This document shows positions 7,533 through 16,765 of a stretch of DNA of 64,000 nucleotides, piece by piece. The stretch is taken from NCBI GenBank assembly GCA_012719455.1, contig JAAYAJ010000019.1, positions 273 through 64,272 of the forward strand, read 5' to 3'. The stretch is from Acidobacteriota bacterium. GTDB lineage: Bacteria; Acidobacteriota; UBA6911. The first letter of the stretch is position 1; each line of letters starts with the position of its first letter. The translations under genes and the position numbers were made by a program. The notes beneath the pieces were generated by a model. That model had not been told where the DNA came from, made no database searches, and was given only the letters and a program-made list of their open reading frames with translations.

Positions 7533-8371
7533 TCGTTCCCCTCGAACCGGAACAGGCTTTTCTGCACCACTTCGCCCCCGAGCGCCGCGCGCACGGGGGC
7601 GAAGCTTTTTCTGTGGACCGGCAGGGGGCCGAGGCGCCGGAGCGCCCCGAGGTGCTCGGGGGTCGGGTATCCCTTGTGGGAGGCGAACCCGTACCCCGGG
7701 TACACCCGGTCCATCTCCTCCATCTCGCTGTCGCGCGTGGTCTTGGCGATTACGCTGGCCGCGGCGATACTGAGCGAGAGCGCATCGCCGTGAATGATCC
7801 CCCGCTGGGGGCACCGGATGCCCGGGATGGTGCGCGCGTCCACCAGGACGAAATCGGGTGGGATCCCGAGTCCCTCGAGCGCCCGCCGCATGGCCAGGAG
7901 CCCCGCGCGATAGATGTTGAGCGCGTCGATCTCCCCCGGTTCGGCACGGCCGACACTCCAGCAGACGGCTTCCGACCGGATCCGGTCGGCCAGCGCGCCC
8001 CGGCGGCGCGGACCCTGGATCTTCTTCGAATCGTCGAGCCCCTCGAGCAGGTACCCCTCGGGAAGAATCACGGCCGCCGCCACCACCGGCCCGGCCAGCG
8101 GCGCCATCCCCGCTTCGTCCACCCCGGCGACGAGGCGGTAGCCCTCGAGCCGGAGTTCGGTCTCCAGGCGCCGCATCGCGTGCAACCGTTCGAGCTCCCT
8201 GGCTTTCGCCAGGGCACGCGCGCGGGCGCGTGTGGCCAGGCGTCGCGCCCCCGCCCTGGGGTCGCGCTCAAGCGCCGACAACACCCCGTCGAGCCCGGAG
8301 GGGTCGAGCCCCTCGAGCAGCGGGCCGATTTCACGCAGTGGCACTGTCGCCCATTCCCCGCGTCGTTTCAT
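7529..8371 (-). CDS. rnhB: Ribonuclease HII
   Basis: AGVDEAGMAPLAGPVVAAAVIL, DDSKK and ASVIAK motifs. About 70-aa N-terminal extension. The 3' end overlaps the convergent ADH gene by 4 nt. Confidence 0.85.
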   Translation of the reverse strand: MKRRGEWATVPLREIGPLLEGLDPSGLDGVLSALERDPRAGARRLATRARARALAKARELERLHAMRRLETELRLEGYRLVAGVDEAGMAPLAGPVVAAAVILPEGYLLEGLDDSKKIQGPRRRGALADRIRSEAVCWSVGRAEPGEIDALNIYRAGLLAMRRALEGLGIPPDFVLVDARTIPGIRCPQRGIIHGDALSLSIAAASVIAKTTRDSEMEEMDRVYPGYGFASHKGYPTPEHLGALRRLGPLPVHRKSFAPVRAALGGEVVQKSLFRFEGND

Positions 8372-8383
8372 GCGTCCTCGCCG

Positions 8384-9643
8384 TCACGGGTTCCTGCGAG
8401 CGAGGGCGGCGGCCTTTCTCCGGGCTACCACCAGCGGCGCCGATTCCCGGTAAAACAGGCCGATGAAAAAGCAGACGCCGATACAGGCGGCACAGATGTA
8501 CATGACCGCCGTGAGCCCGTACCTGTCGGCCACCATGCCGCACAGGATCGCGCCCAGCGTGGCTCCGAGCAACTCGCCCGTCAACTGGTTGGAACCGATG
8601 ATGGTGGAAACGAAGCGCGGGTCGCCCGATTCGGCCGGGATGGTGGACTGCATCAGGGCGTTGACGCCCGTGCCGCCCCAGCCGACGAATGCAATGAACA
8701 TGAGCAGCGGAACGCTGGCGGGGGCGGCGACCATGCCAAGGGGGGCGATTATGCCCATCAGCGCGGCGATCGAAACCAACGGCTTGCGACCGTACTTGTC
8801 GGATAAGCGCGGGATCAGCACTCCCCAGAGAATGGCTCCGACCCCGAAGCTGGACATCACCCAGCTCATCTGGGAGTCGGTGAGGCCTTTGACCTTCGTC
8901 AGGTAGCCGGGCCCGTAGGTGAGAACGCAGAAATACCAGCAGAGCAGAAAGAGTGTCCCGACAAGCGACAGGATCACGTTCCTGTTCTTGAAGAGTTCGA
9001 GATAGTTGATCTTCTCCCTGGGTTTTTCCGCTCCGGTTTCACCGGCGTTGACGGCCGTATCCGGATTCACCAGGAACTTCCAGATCAGGAAGGAAATGAT
9101 GATCCCGGGAATGATGGTGACGACGAAGGCGGCTCTCCAGCCGATCGATTCGGCCAGGGCGACCTGGATGAGCGGGCCGAGCATCGACGATATCAACCCG
9201 ACCGCCGAGACCTGCATCAGCCCCATGTTCATTCCCCTCCGGTGGGGAGACGACTGGGGGATGATGAAGCTCTGGGAAACGGGCATGACCGGCCCCTCGA
9301 ACGCACCCATCAGCAGGCGCACCACCAGGAGCATGGCAAAGCCCGTCACCATGCCCGTAAGCATGGAACAGACCGAAAAGCAGAAGACCAGGGCCGCCAG
9401 CAGTTTCTTGCGCGACACCCGGGTATCGGCGATGTAGCTGCCGAACAGGCCGACGATGGACCAGGAAAACGAGAACACCGAAGTCGCCAGCCCAAGTTGG
9501 GTGTAGGTGATGCCCAGGTCCTCCATGACGAAGGTCTGCAGATTGGCGATGGCTAAACGGTCGAACATGACGAAGCCGAATGCCAGGGAGAGAATGATCA
9601 CCATCCGGTTTTCATACCCCTTGCTCAATACTTGCTGCTGCAC
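8384..9643 (-). CDS. MFS transporter
   Basis: About 12 hydrophobic segments with an MFS-type loop (ADTRVSRKK). 419 aa. Confidence 0.8.
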   Translation of the reverse strand: MQQQVLSKGYENRMVIILSLAFGFVMFDRLAIANLQTFVMEDLGITYTQLGLATSVFSFSWSIVGLFGSYIADTRVSRKKLLAALVFCFSVCSMLTGMVTGFAMLLVVRLLMGAFEGPVMPVSQSFIIPQSSPHRRGMNMGLMQVSAVGLISSMLGPLIQVALAESIGWRAAFVVTIIPGIIISFLIWKFLVNPDTAVNAGETGAEKPREKINYLELFKNRNVILSLVGTLFLLCWYFCVLTYGPGYLTKVKGLTDSQMSWVMSSFGVGAILWGVLIPRLSDKYGRKPLVSIAALMGIIAPLGMVAAPASVPLLMFIAFVGWGGTGVNALMQSTIPAESGDPRFVSTIIGSNQLTGELLGATLGAILCGMVADRYGLTAVMYICAACIGVCFFIGLFYRESAPLVVARRKAAALARRNP

Positions 9644-9971
9644 AGCATCACCTCGCTTTCATCCGTAAGAAATTGGTATGGCCGTCGGGCCAACAGGGTT
9701 TCGGCAATGGCTCGGCAAGATACTACTATAGATCCCGGGCATGGATGAAGCAATTTGCGGAGATCGGCGCGCCGGTGATGCCGCGGCCCGATCGGGCCTT
9801 CCCACCCGTATTCCGGACCGCTCTTACGGCACTCCCGCCGGCGTGGTATTCTTCATCGGCCGGCCGCGGGCGGAAGGAAATGACCGGGCGCATTTGAAAC
9901 TCCCGGCGCCGCGGGGCATCTAAGGTTTCGTAGCGGATTGTGCGGCGGGCTATTTTCCAGCGGAGGAATCC

Positions 9972-10832
9972 ATGAGAAGCGTGAAAATGATATTTCTGGC
10001 GCTCGCACTGCTTGCGGCGGCGGGGTGCAGCAGGAACATGACAGAAAGCGCGCAGGAAGCGCCGCCCGAGCCCGTGGAGGCACCGGCCCCGGTACCGGCT
10101 CCCGAACCGGCGCCCGTAGCCGAACCAGCCTCAGTGGCCGCACCCGAGCCCAGGGCGCCGCAACCCGCCGCGGTCGCTCCCGCCCCGCAGAAGGCGGCGG
10201 TCAGGGATGCGGCGCCCGCGCCGGAGGAACCGGCGGCGGTTCCGGCCGAGCCGGAGCCGGAGCCGCCGGCGCGGCTCCGGGAAGCGCCACCGCCCCCCAG
10301 GGCGCCCGAGATCCGGTACGCCGTGATCCCGGCGGGAACCCCGATCCACGTGAGGCTCCAGGATCCGCTCGATTCCTCGATCAACCTCTCCGGTGACGGC
10401 TTTCGCGCCATCCTCGACCAGGATATCCTCGTGGACGGGAAGGTGGCCGTCCCCCGGGGAAGCGTGCTGGACGGGAAGGTGTCGCACGTGCAGCGCTCGG
10501 GCCGGGTCCAGGGGCGCGCCGTCATGTCCCTGCAGCTGGTGAACTTGTCGACGGGCGACAACAAGGTCGCCCTGCAGACGGATATCCGGACCTTCGAAGC
10601 CAAGGCCAGCACCAAGAAGGACGCGACGAAAGTGGGGATCGGTGCGGGCCTCGGCGCCGTGATCGGAGCCATCGCCGGCGGCGGCAAGGGGGCGGCGATC
10701 GGGGCCGCGGCCGGTGCGGGAGCCGGCGGCGCCACCGTGATGGCCACCCGGGGCGAAGAGGTCAAGCTCGAGGTGGAACAGGCCGTGGACTTCGAACTCG
10801 AGCGGGAGGTGCGCATCGCCCTGCCGCGGTAG
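9972..10832 (+). CDS. Lipoprotein with a Pro/Ala-rich linker and a C-terminal glycine-zipper segment
   Basis: Lipobox LLAAAGC. About 90 aa of PAPEPAPVAEP-type low complexity. GIGAGLGAVIGAIAGGGKGAAIGAAAGAGAGG near the C-terminus. Confidence 0.65.
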   Translation: MRSVKMIFLALALLAAAGCSRNMTESAQEAPPEPVEAPAPVPAPEPAPVAEPASVAAPEPRAPQPAAVAPAPQKAAVRDAAPAPEEPAAVPAEPEPEPPARLREAPPPPRAPEIRYAVIPAGTPIHVRLQDPLDSSINLSGDGFRAILDQDILVDGKVAVPRGSVLDGKVSHVQRSGRVQGRAVMSLQLVNLSTGDNKVALQTDIRTFEAKASTKKDATKVGIGAGLGAVIGAIAGGGKGAAIGAAAGAGAGGATVMATRGEEVKLEVEQAVDFELEREVRIALPR

Positions 10833-10880
10833 GCTCCCTGTCGGCGGCGGCCCGGATGAGCCGCCGCCGCACCGAGCGGC

Positions 10881-12005
10881 TCAGGCTGACTCGAGCACCT
10901 TGAGGTAGTGCGCTTCGTACATCGGGATGATGCGCGCGGCGCAGAAGCGCTCCAGCGCCTTCCGGCGGCCGTTTTGCGCCATCCGCTCGGCCAGCGTCTC
11001 CCGGGTGAGGATTTCCAGGGCGCGGCGCGCCATTCCGGGGATATCCCCGGGCTCCACCAGGAAACCCTCCTCGCCGTCCGTCACCACCTCCGGGAGCCCG
11101 CCCACCCGGCTGGCCACCACCGGGACGCCGCACGCCATCGCCTCGAGCGCCACCAGCCCGAAGGACTCCGTCAGGCTGGGGAGGAGCAACAGGTCGGACG
11201 TGCCGATCCACTGCCCGATGCTGTCCTGCTTCCCGAGAAAATGGACCTTCCGTTCCAGACCCGCCTCGCGCGCGGCCCATTCGGCCCGTCCCCGTTCGGG
11301 TCCGTCCCCGACCATCAGTAACTTCGCGGGAATCTCCCGTGCGACCTGTTCGAAAATCCTCACAACCTCCACCGGTCGCTTGACGGGACGGAAATTGGAC
11401 ACGTGGATCAGGAGCTTCTCCCCGCCGGGGGCGAAGTGGCTCCTCAGCGCCGGGAGCTCCGCGGGCGCGTACGCCGCGCAGTCCACGAAATTGGGGATGA
11501 CCTCGATCTCCCGGTCAGCCCCGATCATGCCGTGGGTGGCATCGGCGAGGTAGGCGCTGACAGCCGTGACCCCGTCCGACTGCTCGATCGAAAAGCGGGT
11601 GATCGGCAGGTAGGAGCGGTCCGCCCCAACCAGGGTGATGTCGGTCCCGTGCAGGGTGGTCACGGTTCTCAGCCTGCGCGGGAGGAGCATGGCCCGGGCC
11701 AGGTAGGCGCTGACGGAGTGGGGGATGGCGTAATGGCAGTGCAGCAGGTCCAAGTTGTGGCCGGCGGCGACCTCGGCCATCTTGGCGGCCAGCGCCAAGG
11801 CATAGGGGGCATGGTCGAACAACGGGTAGGTGGTCACCGCCACCTCGTGAAACTGGATATTGGCCCGCGCGGCATTGAGGCGCTGGGGAAGGGCATAGCT
11901 GATGAAATGGATGTCGTGCCCGCGGTCGGCCAGGCCCTGGCCGAGCTCGGTCGCGACGATGCCGCTTCCGCCGTAGGTGGGGTAGCAGGTGATGCCGATC
12001 TTCAC
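10881..12005 (-). CDS. bshA: GT4 glycosyltransferase resembling N-acetyl-alpha-D-glucosaminyl L-malate synthase BshA
   Basis: KIGITCYPTYGGSGIVATELG...HCHYAIPH...TLHGTDITL...HVSNFRPVKR...GDGPE...PSLTESFGLVALEAMACGVPV closely follows my recollection of B. subtilis BshA. GTG 12005 follows AAGGAGAGG. Confidence 0.65.
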   Translation of the reverse strand: MKIGITCYPTYGGSGIVATELGQGLADRGHDIHFISYALPQRLNAARANIQFHEVAVTTYPLFDHAPYALALAAKMAEVAAGHNLDLLHCHYAIPHSVSAYLARAMLLPRRLRTVTTLHGTDITLVGADRSYLPITRFSIEQSDGVTAVSAYLADATHGMIGADREIEVIPNFVDCAAYAPAELPALRSHFAPGGEKLLIHVSNFRPVKRPVEVVRIFEQVAREIPAKLLMVGDGPERGRAEWAAREAGLERKVHFLGKQDSIGQWIGTSDLLLLPSLTESFGLVALEAMACGVPVVASRVGGLPEVVTDGEEGFLVEPGDIPGMARRALEILTRETLAERMAQNGRRKALERFCAARIIPMYEAHYLKVLESA

Positions 12006-12109
12006 GCGTCCTCTCCTTGCCGCGCCCGCGGCCACGGCTCACCGGTCTATATAGCACAAAGCGGTAGGCGCGGACAGCTCGTGGTACCGATGGACGGCGG
12101 GCAGAACGA

Positions 12110-12138
12110 TTGACAAGGTTTTCGGCTCGGGGCATACT
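12110..12138 (+). promoter_or_regulatory. Sigma70-like promoter candidate
   Basis: TTGACA (12110-12115), a 17-nt spacer, then CATACT (12133-12138). A ~100-nt GC-rich leader precedes ATG 12238. Confidence 0.35.
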
Positions 12139-12237
12139 GCCGTGGAGGCCCGATCCGCCGGATGTTCCGGCGGGGGAAGAGCAACACAGGCCGGCCTGGG
12201 GGGCCCCCCCAAGCCCAGCTATAGCAAACGCCCGATT

Positions 12238-12777
12238 ATGACCGAACCCAGAACCCCTCATCGCGTCGGTAGCAACCGAAAGAAAAACCCGGTCCCCCTG
12301 TCCAGTCTGCGGGCGTCCGATGTCCTGAAAATGGTGCTGGAGGACCCGCGGCGGCTGGAGGAAATCGCCGGGATGCTCGAGGACCGCGACCGGGCCGTCC
12401 GGGACCGGGCGGCGGCGGTGCTGGGGCAGCTGGCCGACCGGCATCCCGAAAGGCTCCGGCACCTGATCGCCCGCCTCGCCCCCTCGCTCGAGGACGACTC
12501 TGCCTACGTGCGCTGGCACCTTGTCTACATCCTGGGAAGCCTGGGCTCCCGCTTCGACCTCGACACCGCCGATCTCATCGGCAGTTTGGCGGCGCGCCTC
12601 GACGATCCCAACCGCGTCGTACGCGTCACCGCGGTCAGGTCCCTGGCGCGCGTAGCCGGCAGCCGGCCGGGGGCGGTCGAGGCGTTTTTCGCCGGGCAGA
12701 AGAGAGAGATCCCCTCGGCCGTGGCGCGCTTCATCCGCGGCGCGCGCCGGGGCCGGTCCCGGAAGGACGGGCAATGA
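12238..12777 (+). CDS. HEAT-repeat protein
   Basis: Repeated D..VR..AA.ALG/VR..AV.SLA helical-repeat motifs. 179 aa. Confidence 0.55.
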   Translation: MTEPRTPHRVGSNRKKNPVPLSSLRASDVLKMVLEDPRRLEEIAGMLEDRDRAVRDRAAAVLGQLADRHPERLRHLIARLAPSLEDDSAYVRWHLVYILGSLGSRFDLDTADLIGSLAARLDDPNRVVRVTAVRSLARVAGSRPGAVEAFFAGQKREIPSAVARFIRGARRGRSRKDGQ

Positions 12778-12892
12778 TCACTTTCACCGCGCCGGAACCG
12801 GACAAACCGGGATCGATGGACAGTTGCGGCCGGGCGTACGGGGCCCGGGACGCGAGAGGTTGAGGGGCGCCTTGTTGGAAGAGCGGGACCGG

Positions 12893-13258
12893 ATGACGCT
12901 GGCCGATGTGCGGGTGTTCGCACGCATCGGGGTGACCGGGGAGGAACGGTCCGCCGCGCAGGAATGCCGGGTGGATCTGGACCTGTACGGCAGCCTCCGT
13001 GCCGCGGCCGACAGGGACGATCTCGAGCGCTCCATCGACTACTGCCGAATCCTGGACTGCCTCGAGGAGACGGCGGCGGAACGGGAATACCGGCTGGTGG
13101 AAACCCTCGCCTGCGCTCTCGTCCGCGGGGTTCTCCGGGATTTCCCCGTATTCCGGGCCCGTGTCAGGCTGAGAAAACGGCCGGCCGCGCTCGCGGGGCG
13201 GCTTGGATTCGTCGAGGTGGAGGTGGAGGAGCGACGCAGGGACGGGAGGAGTGCATGA
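12893..13258 (+). CDS. folB: Dihydroneopterin aldolase
   Basis: [11 protein letters not shown]...Q...VDLDL...DDLERSIDY...LVETLA...V.V.LRK follows the FolB pattern. Its stop overlaps the nuoB start (ATGA). Confidence 0.6.
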   Translation: MTLADVRVFARIGVTGEERSAAQECRVDLDLYGSLRAAADRDDLERSIDYCRILDCLEETAAEREYRLVETLACALVRGVLRDFPVFRARVRLRKRPAALAGRLGFVEVEVEERRRDGRSA

Positions 13259-13734
13259 ACCCGCAGGCGGACGCCGAACCGGGACTGGTCGCCTCGGGAA
13301 TCGAACGGGTGGTGGCCTGGGCCCAGCAATACTCGCTTTTCATCTACCCTTTCGTCACCGCCTGCTGCGGCATGGAATACATGTCCACCGCCAGCGGACA
13401 CTACGACATGGACCGGTTCGGCGCGGGCCTGCCCCGTTTTTCCCCGAGGCAGGCGGACGTGCTGCTGGTGGTCGGCACCATCAGCCACAAGATCGCCCCC
13501 GTGCTGCGGCGCGTATACGACCAGATGTGCGAACCCAAGTGGGTGATCGCCTTCGGCGCCTGTACCTGCACGGGGGGGTTCTACGACAGCTACGCCACCG
13601 TCCAGGGGATCGACACCATCCTCCCCGTCGACGTCTATATCCCGGGTTGCCCTCCCCGACCCGAAGCGGTCCTGGAAGGGCTTATGAAACTTCAGACCAA
13701 GATCGGCCGCCAGCGGCCCGTCATCCTCAGGTAA
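13255..13734 (+). CDS. nuoB: NADH-quinone oxidoreductase subunit B
   Basis: [38 protein letters not shown] and [13 protein letters not shown]. All four N2-cluster Cys positions are present. Confidence 0.9.
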   Translation: MNPQADAEPGLVASGIERVVAWAQQYSLFIYPFVTACCGMEYMSTASGHYDMDRFGAGLPRFSPRQADVLLVVGTISHKIAPVLRRVYDQMCEPKWVIAFGACTCTGGFYDSYATVQGIDTILPVDVYIPGCPPRPEAVLEGLMKLQTKIGRQRPVILR

Positions 13735-13738
13735 ACCC

Positions 13739-15079
13739 ATGTCCCCTTCCTCCGGCGGCGGCGAAACGCGCAGCATGCGGCTGAACATCGGCCCGTCCCA
13801 CCCGTCCATGCACGGGGTCATCCGCCTGATCACCGAACTGAAAGGGGAGACCGTCACCCGGGTGGAGGCTGAAATCGGCTATCTTCACCGCGCCTTTGAA
13901 AAGAAGTGCGAGGATTCCAGCTGGACCCAGGTGATCCCCTACACCGACCGCCTGAACTACGTGTCGCCGCTGATCAACAATTTCGGCTACTGCGCCGCCG
14001 TAGAGAAGCTGATGGGGATCGAAGCGCCCGAGCGCGCCCAGTACATCCGAGTTCTCATGAGCGAGATCTCGCGCATCACCGACCATCTCACCTGCGTCGG
14101 CGCCGCGGCCATGGAACTGGGCGCCATGACCGCCTTTCTCTACCTGATGAAGGCGCGCGAATACCTCTACGATGTCGTGGAGAGGGTCACGGGCGCCCGC
14201 CTGACGGTGTCCTACGGCAGGATCGGCGGCGTCAAGGCGGACCTTCCCGAGGGGCTGGAGGAAGACCTCCCGCGGATCCTGGACGCCGTCGCCCGGGAGA
14301 TCGGGGAAGTGGACCGGCTCCTGACGCGCAACCGGATCTTCGTCGACCGGGTGCGGGACGTGGGCGTGCTCTCCCGACAGGACGCCCTGAGCTACTCGGT
14401 CACCGGTCCCGTGGGGCGCGCATCGGGGGTCGATTACGACGTGCGCCGCGATTTCCCCTATTTCGTCTACGACCGGGTCGACTTCGAGGTGCCGCTGGGG
14501 GAGCGGGGGGACACCTACGACCGCTACCTCGTGCGCCTGGAGGAGATGCGCCAGAGCATGCGCATCATCCGGCAGTGCCTCGACCATCTGCCCACCGGCC
14601 CGGTCCGGGCCGGCGCGCCCGGGGGAGTCATCGAATCGTTCGACCTGGTGGACCGGGCAAAGCTGGGGAGCACGGAGGGGCTCGCCGGCGTCGAGTGCAC
14701 GGTGCCGCCGACCCTGGACGGGTCGGAGCGCCCCTTTTACGAACGGATCCTCGCCCGCGACAAGCGGGCGGCGCTTCCGGCCAAGGCCGACACCTATGCC
14801 AACATCGAGGGCCTGATAAACCATTTTATGCTCGTCATGGACGGGCACGGGGTACGTCCCCCGGCCGGGGAGTCCTACTTCGCGGTGGAGGGAGCCAACG
14901 GGGAGCTCGGTTTTTTCATCGTCAGCGACGGAACGGACCGGCCCTGCAGGGTGCGGGTCCGCCCCCCCTGCTTTTTCGCCATGGCCGCCCTGCACAAAAT
15001 GCTGGAAGGAGGGATGGTGGCGGACATCGTCGCCACTTTCGGTTCCATCAACATGATCGCGGGGGAACTGGACCGCTGA
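13739..15079 (+). CDS. nuoD: NADH-quinone oxidoreductase subunit D (with an internal insertion)
   Basis: NIGPSHPSMHGVIRL, EIGYLHR, TDRLNY, and a C-terminal FGSINMIAGELDR. No NiFe CxxC motifs. About 45 extra residues lie between GPV and EGLINHF. Confidence 0.9.
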   Translation: MSPSSGGGETRSMRLNIGPSHPSMHGVIRLITELKGETVTRVEAEIGYLHRAFEKKCEDSSWTQVIPYTDRLNYVSPLINNFGYCAAVEKLMGIEAPERAQYIRVLMSEISRITDHLTCVGAAAMELGAMTAFLYLMKAREYLYDVVERVTGARLTVSYGRIGGVKADLPEGLEEDLPRILDAVAREIGEVDRLLTRNRIFVDRVRDVGVLSRQDALSYSVTGPVGRASGVDYDVRRDFPYFVYDRVDFEVPLGERGDTYDRYLVRLEEMRQSMRIIRQCLDHLPTGPVRAGAPGGVIESFDLVDRAKLGSTEGLAGVECTVPPTLDGSERPFYERILARDKRAALPAKADTYANIEGLINHFMLVMDGHGVRPPAGESYFAVEGANGELGFFIVSDGTDRPCRVRVRPPCFFAMAALHKMLEGGMVADIVATFGSINMIAGELDR

Positions 15080-15107
15080 CGCCCCTTCACACACGGGAAC
15101 GGTACTG

Positions 15108-15860
15108 ATGATAGCGCTCAAATCGAAACGTGAAATCGAAATCATGCGCGACTGCGGACGCATCGTCGCGGAGGTGCTCGCCGAGGTCGGGCAAAAATGC
15201 CGGGCGGGCGTCACCACGCTCGAGCTCGACCGCGCGGCGGCGGCGGCGACCGCGAAGAAGGGGGCGGTTGCCGCCTTCAAGGGATACCGGGGGTACCCCG
15301 CTTCCCTCTGCACCTCGGTCAACCATCAGGTGGTGCACGGCATCCCCGGTGACTACGTGGTGAAGGAGGGGGATATCGTTTCGATCGACTTCGGCGTACT
15401 GTACCGGGGATATTACGGCGACAGCGCCATCACCGTCGGCATTCCCCCCGTCGCCGCGGACACCGCCCGGCTGCTCGAGGTGACGGAGCAGTGCCTCTAC
15501 CGGGGCATTGCGGAGATGCTGCCGGGCAATCATCTCTCCGACATCGGCCGCGCTATCCAGACGCACGCGGAGTCGGCCGGTTTCAGCCTGGTCAGGGAGT
15601 TCGGGGGCCACGGGATCGGCCGCAAAATGCACGAGGACCCGATGGTGCTGAACTACGTCACGGGCGGACGGGGAATCCGGCTCAAGACGGGGCTGGTGCT
15701 GGCCGTCGAGCCGATGGTGAACCAGGGGGGGAAGGAGGTCGAAATCCTCGCCGACGGCTGGACGGTAGTGACCTGCGACCGCAGCCCATCCGCCCATTTC
15801 GAACACACGATCGCCGTTACCGACAACGGCCCCGAAATCCTCACGCAGACGGCCGGGTGA
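15108..15860 (+). CDS. map: Type I methionine aminopeptidase
   Basis: IALKSKREIEIMRD, VHGIP, DIVSIDFG, GHGIGRKMHE, LAVEPM and HFEHT metal-ligand motifs. Confidence 0.92.
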   Translation: MIALKSKREIEIMRDCGRIVAEVLAEVGQKCRAGVTTLELDRAAAAATAKKGAVAAFKGYRGYPASLCTSVNHQVVHGIPGDYVVKEGDIVSIDFGVLYRGYYGDSAITVGIPPVAADTARLLEVTEQCLYRGIAEMLPGNHLSDIGRAIQTHAESAGFSLVREFGGHGIGRKMHEDPMVLNYVTGGRGIRLKTGLVLAVEPMVNQGGKEVEILADGWTVVTCDRSPSAHFEHTIAVTDNGPEILTQTAG

Positions 15861-15865
15861 AACGG

Positions 15866-16675
15866 ATGCTTGAACGGATACTCCCCCACATGCGGTGCCC
15901 GCGTTGCGGCGCCGATCGGCTTGAACCCACGCCCGCAGGACTCCGCTGCCCCGCCTGTGGCGCCGCCTATGCCTCCAGGGAGGGGATCCTGGACATGATC
16001 GGGGATGATCCGGGAGAGGTGATCACCCCGTTCCAGCGGCTCATGCAGTCCCCGGCGATCGTTTCGATCTATGAGAATTCCTGGCGGCAGCTGGGCTATT
16101 ACCTGGCCAGCTCCCGCTCGTTCGCCCGGGAAATGGAGACCGTGCTCGAGTTCGGAAAAGGGGAAAAAGAGGGGCCGGCGCTCGATTTGGCCTGCGGTCC
16201 GGGGGTCTTCACGCGCCCCCTGGCGCGCCGGTCGAAAGGGTTCGTCGTCGGGCTCGACCTGTCCTTCCCAATGCTCCGGCAGGCCGCCCGGCGGATCAGG
16301 GCGGAGGGGATCGGCAATATCCAGCTGATCCGCGCTTCGGCCTTCGCTCTCCCCTTCTCGGACGCCGTCTTCCCCCACGTGAACTGCTGCGGCGCCCTGC
16401 ACCTGTTCGACCGGCCGGAAAAGGCCTTAGCCGAGATCGCGCGCGTGATCGGACCGGGAGGCGGATTCACGGTGCAGACGACGATTCGGCCCGGGCGATC
16501 GGCGGGACTGGCCTACATCCTGGAACGCTTCATCCGCTTCGGCTTCTTCAACGAACCTGAACTGCATCGCCTGCTCGGATCCCACGGCTTCGCCGTCGAG
16601 CGGGACGAGCGGCACCGCATCAGCTACACCTTCCTCGCCAGGCGGCTCCCGCCCGAAAACATGGTGGCTGTATAA
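15866..16675 (+). CDS. Class I SAM-dependent methyltransferase with an N-terminal Trm112-like zinc ribbon
   Basis: CPRCG...CPACG, then LDLACGPGVFT (motif I), followed by a methyltransferase fold. Confidence 0.75.
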   Translation: MLERILPHMRCPRCGADRLEPTPAGLRCPACGAAYASREGILDMIGDDPGEVITPFQRLMQSPAIVSIYENSWRQLGYYLASSRSFAREMETVLEFGKGEKEGPALDLACGPGVFTRPLARRSKGFVVGLDLSFPMLRQAARRIRAEGIGNIQLIRASAFALPFSDAVFPHVNCCGALHLFDRPEKALAEIARVIGPGGGFTVQTTIRPGRSAGLAYILERFIRFGFFNEPELHRLLGSHGFAVERDERHRISYTFLARRLPPENMVAV

Positions 16676-16765
16676 ATTGTAGATACGGCTTTTAGCCCTT
16701 TCTTGAAGACCATTTGCAGAGTTCGTGCTATGATGGGCGGGCGTAACCAGGGAGGGCCGTCCTAG

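Noticed and set aside
6303-7814. Long ORFs on the opposite strand or in alternative frames of recognisable genes. Examples: 6303-7814(-), 7613-8806(+), 11515-12774(-), 13727-15322(-), 19159-20904(-), 37718-40402(+), 44526-45902(+), 47055-48662(+), 62160-63983(-).
   Set aside because: They are extremely Arg/Gly/Pro/Ala/His-rich and lack recognisable motifs. They fully overlap well-conserved genes (ADH, rnhB, bshA, nuoD, lpdA, ppdK, lptFG, miaB, mutS). These are typical stop-codon-poor shadow ORFs of high-GC DNA.
13255-15079. Considered whether nuoB-nuoD encode a [NiFe] hydrogenase small/large subunit pair, or a group-4 hydrogenase-like module.
   Set aside because: The NuoD-like protein has GPSHPSMHG at the N-terminus and ...AGELDR at the C-terminus, not the RxCGxC / DPCxxC nickel-binding motifs. 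This is complex-I type.
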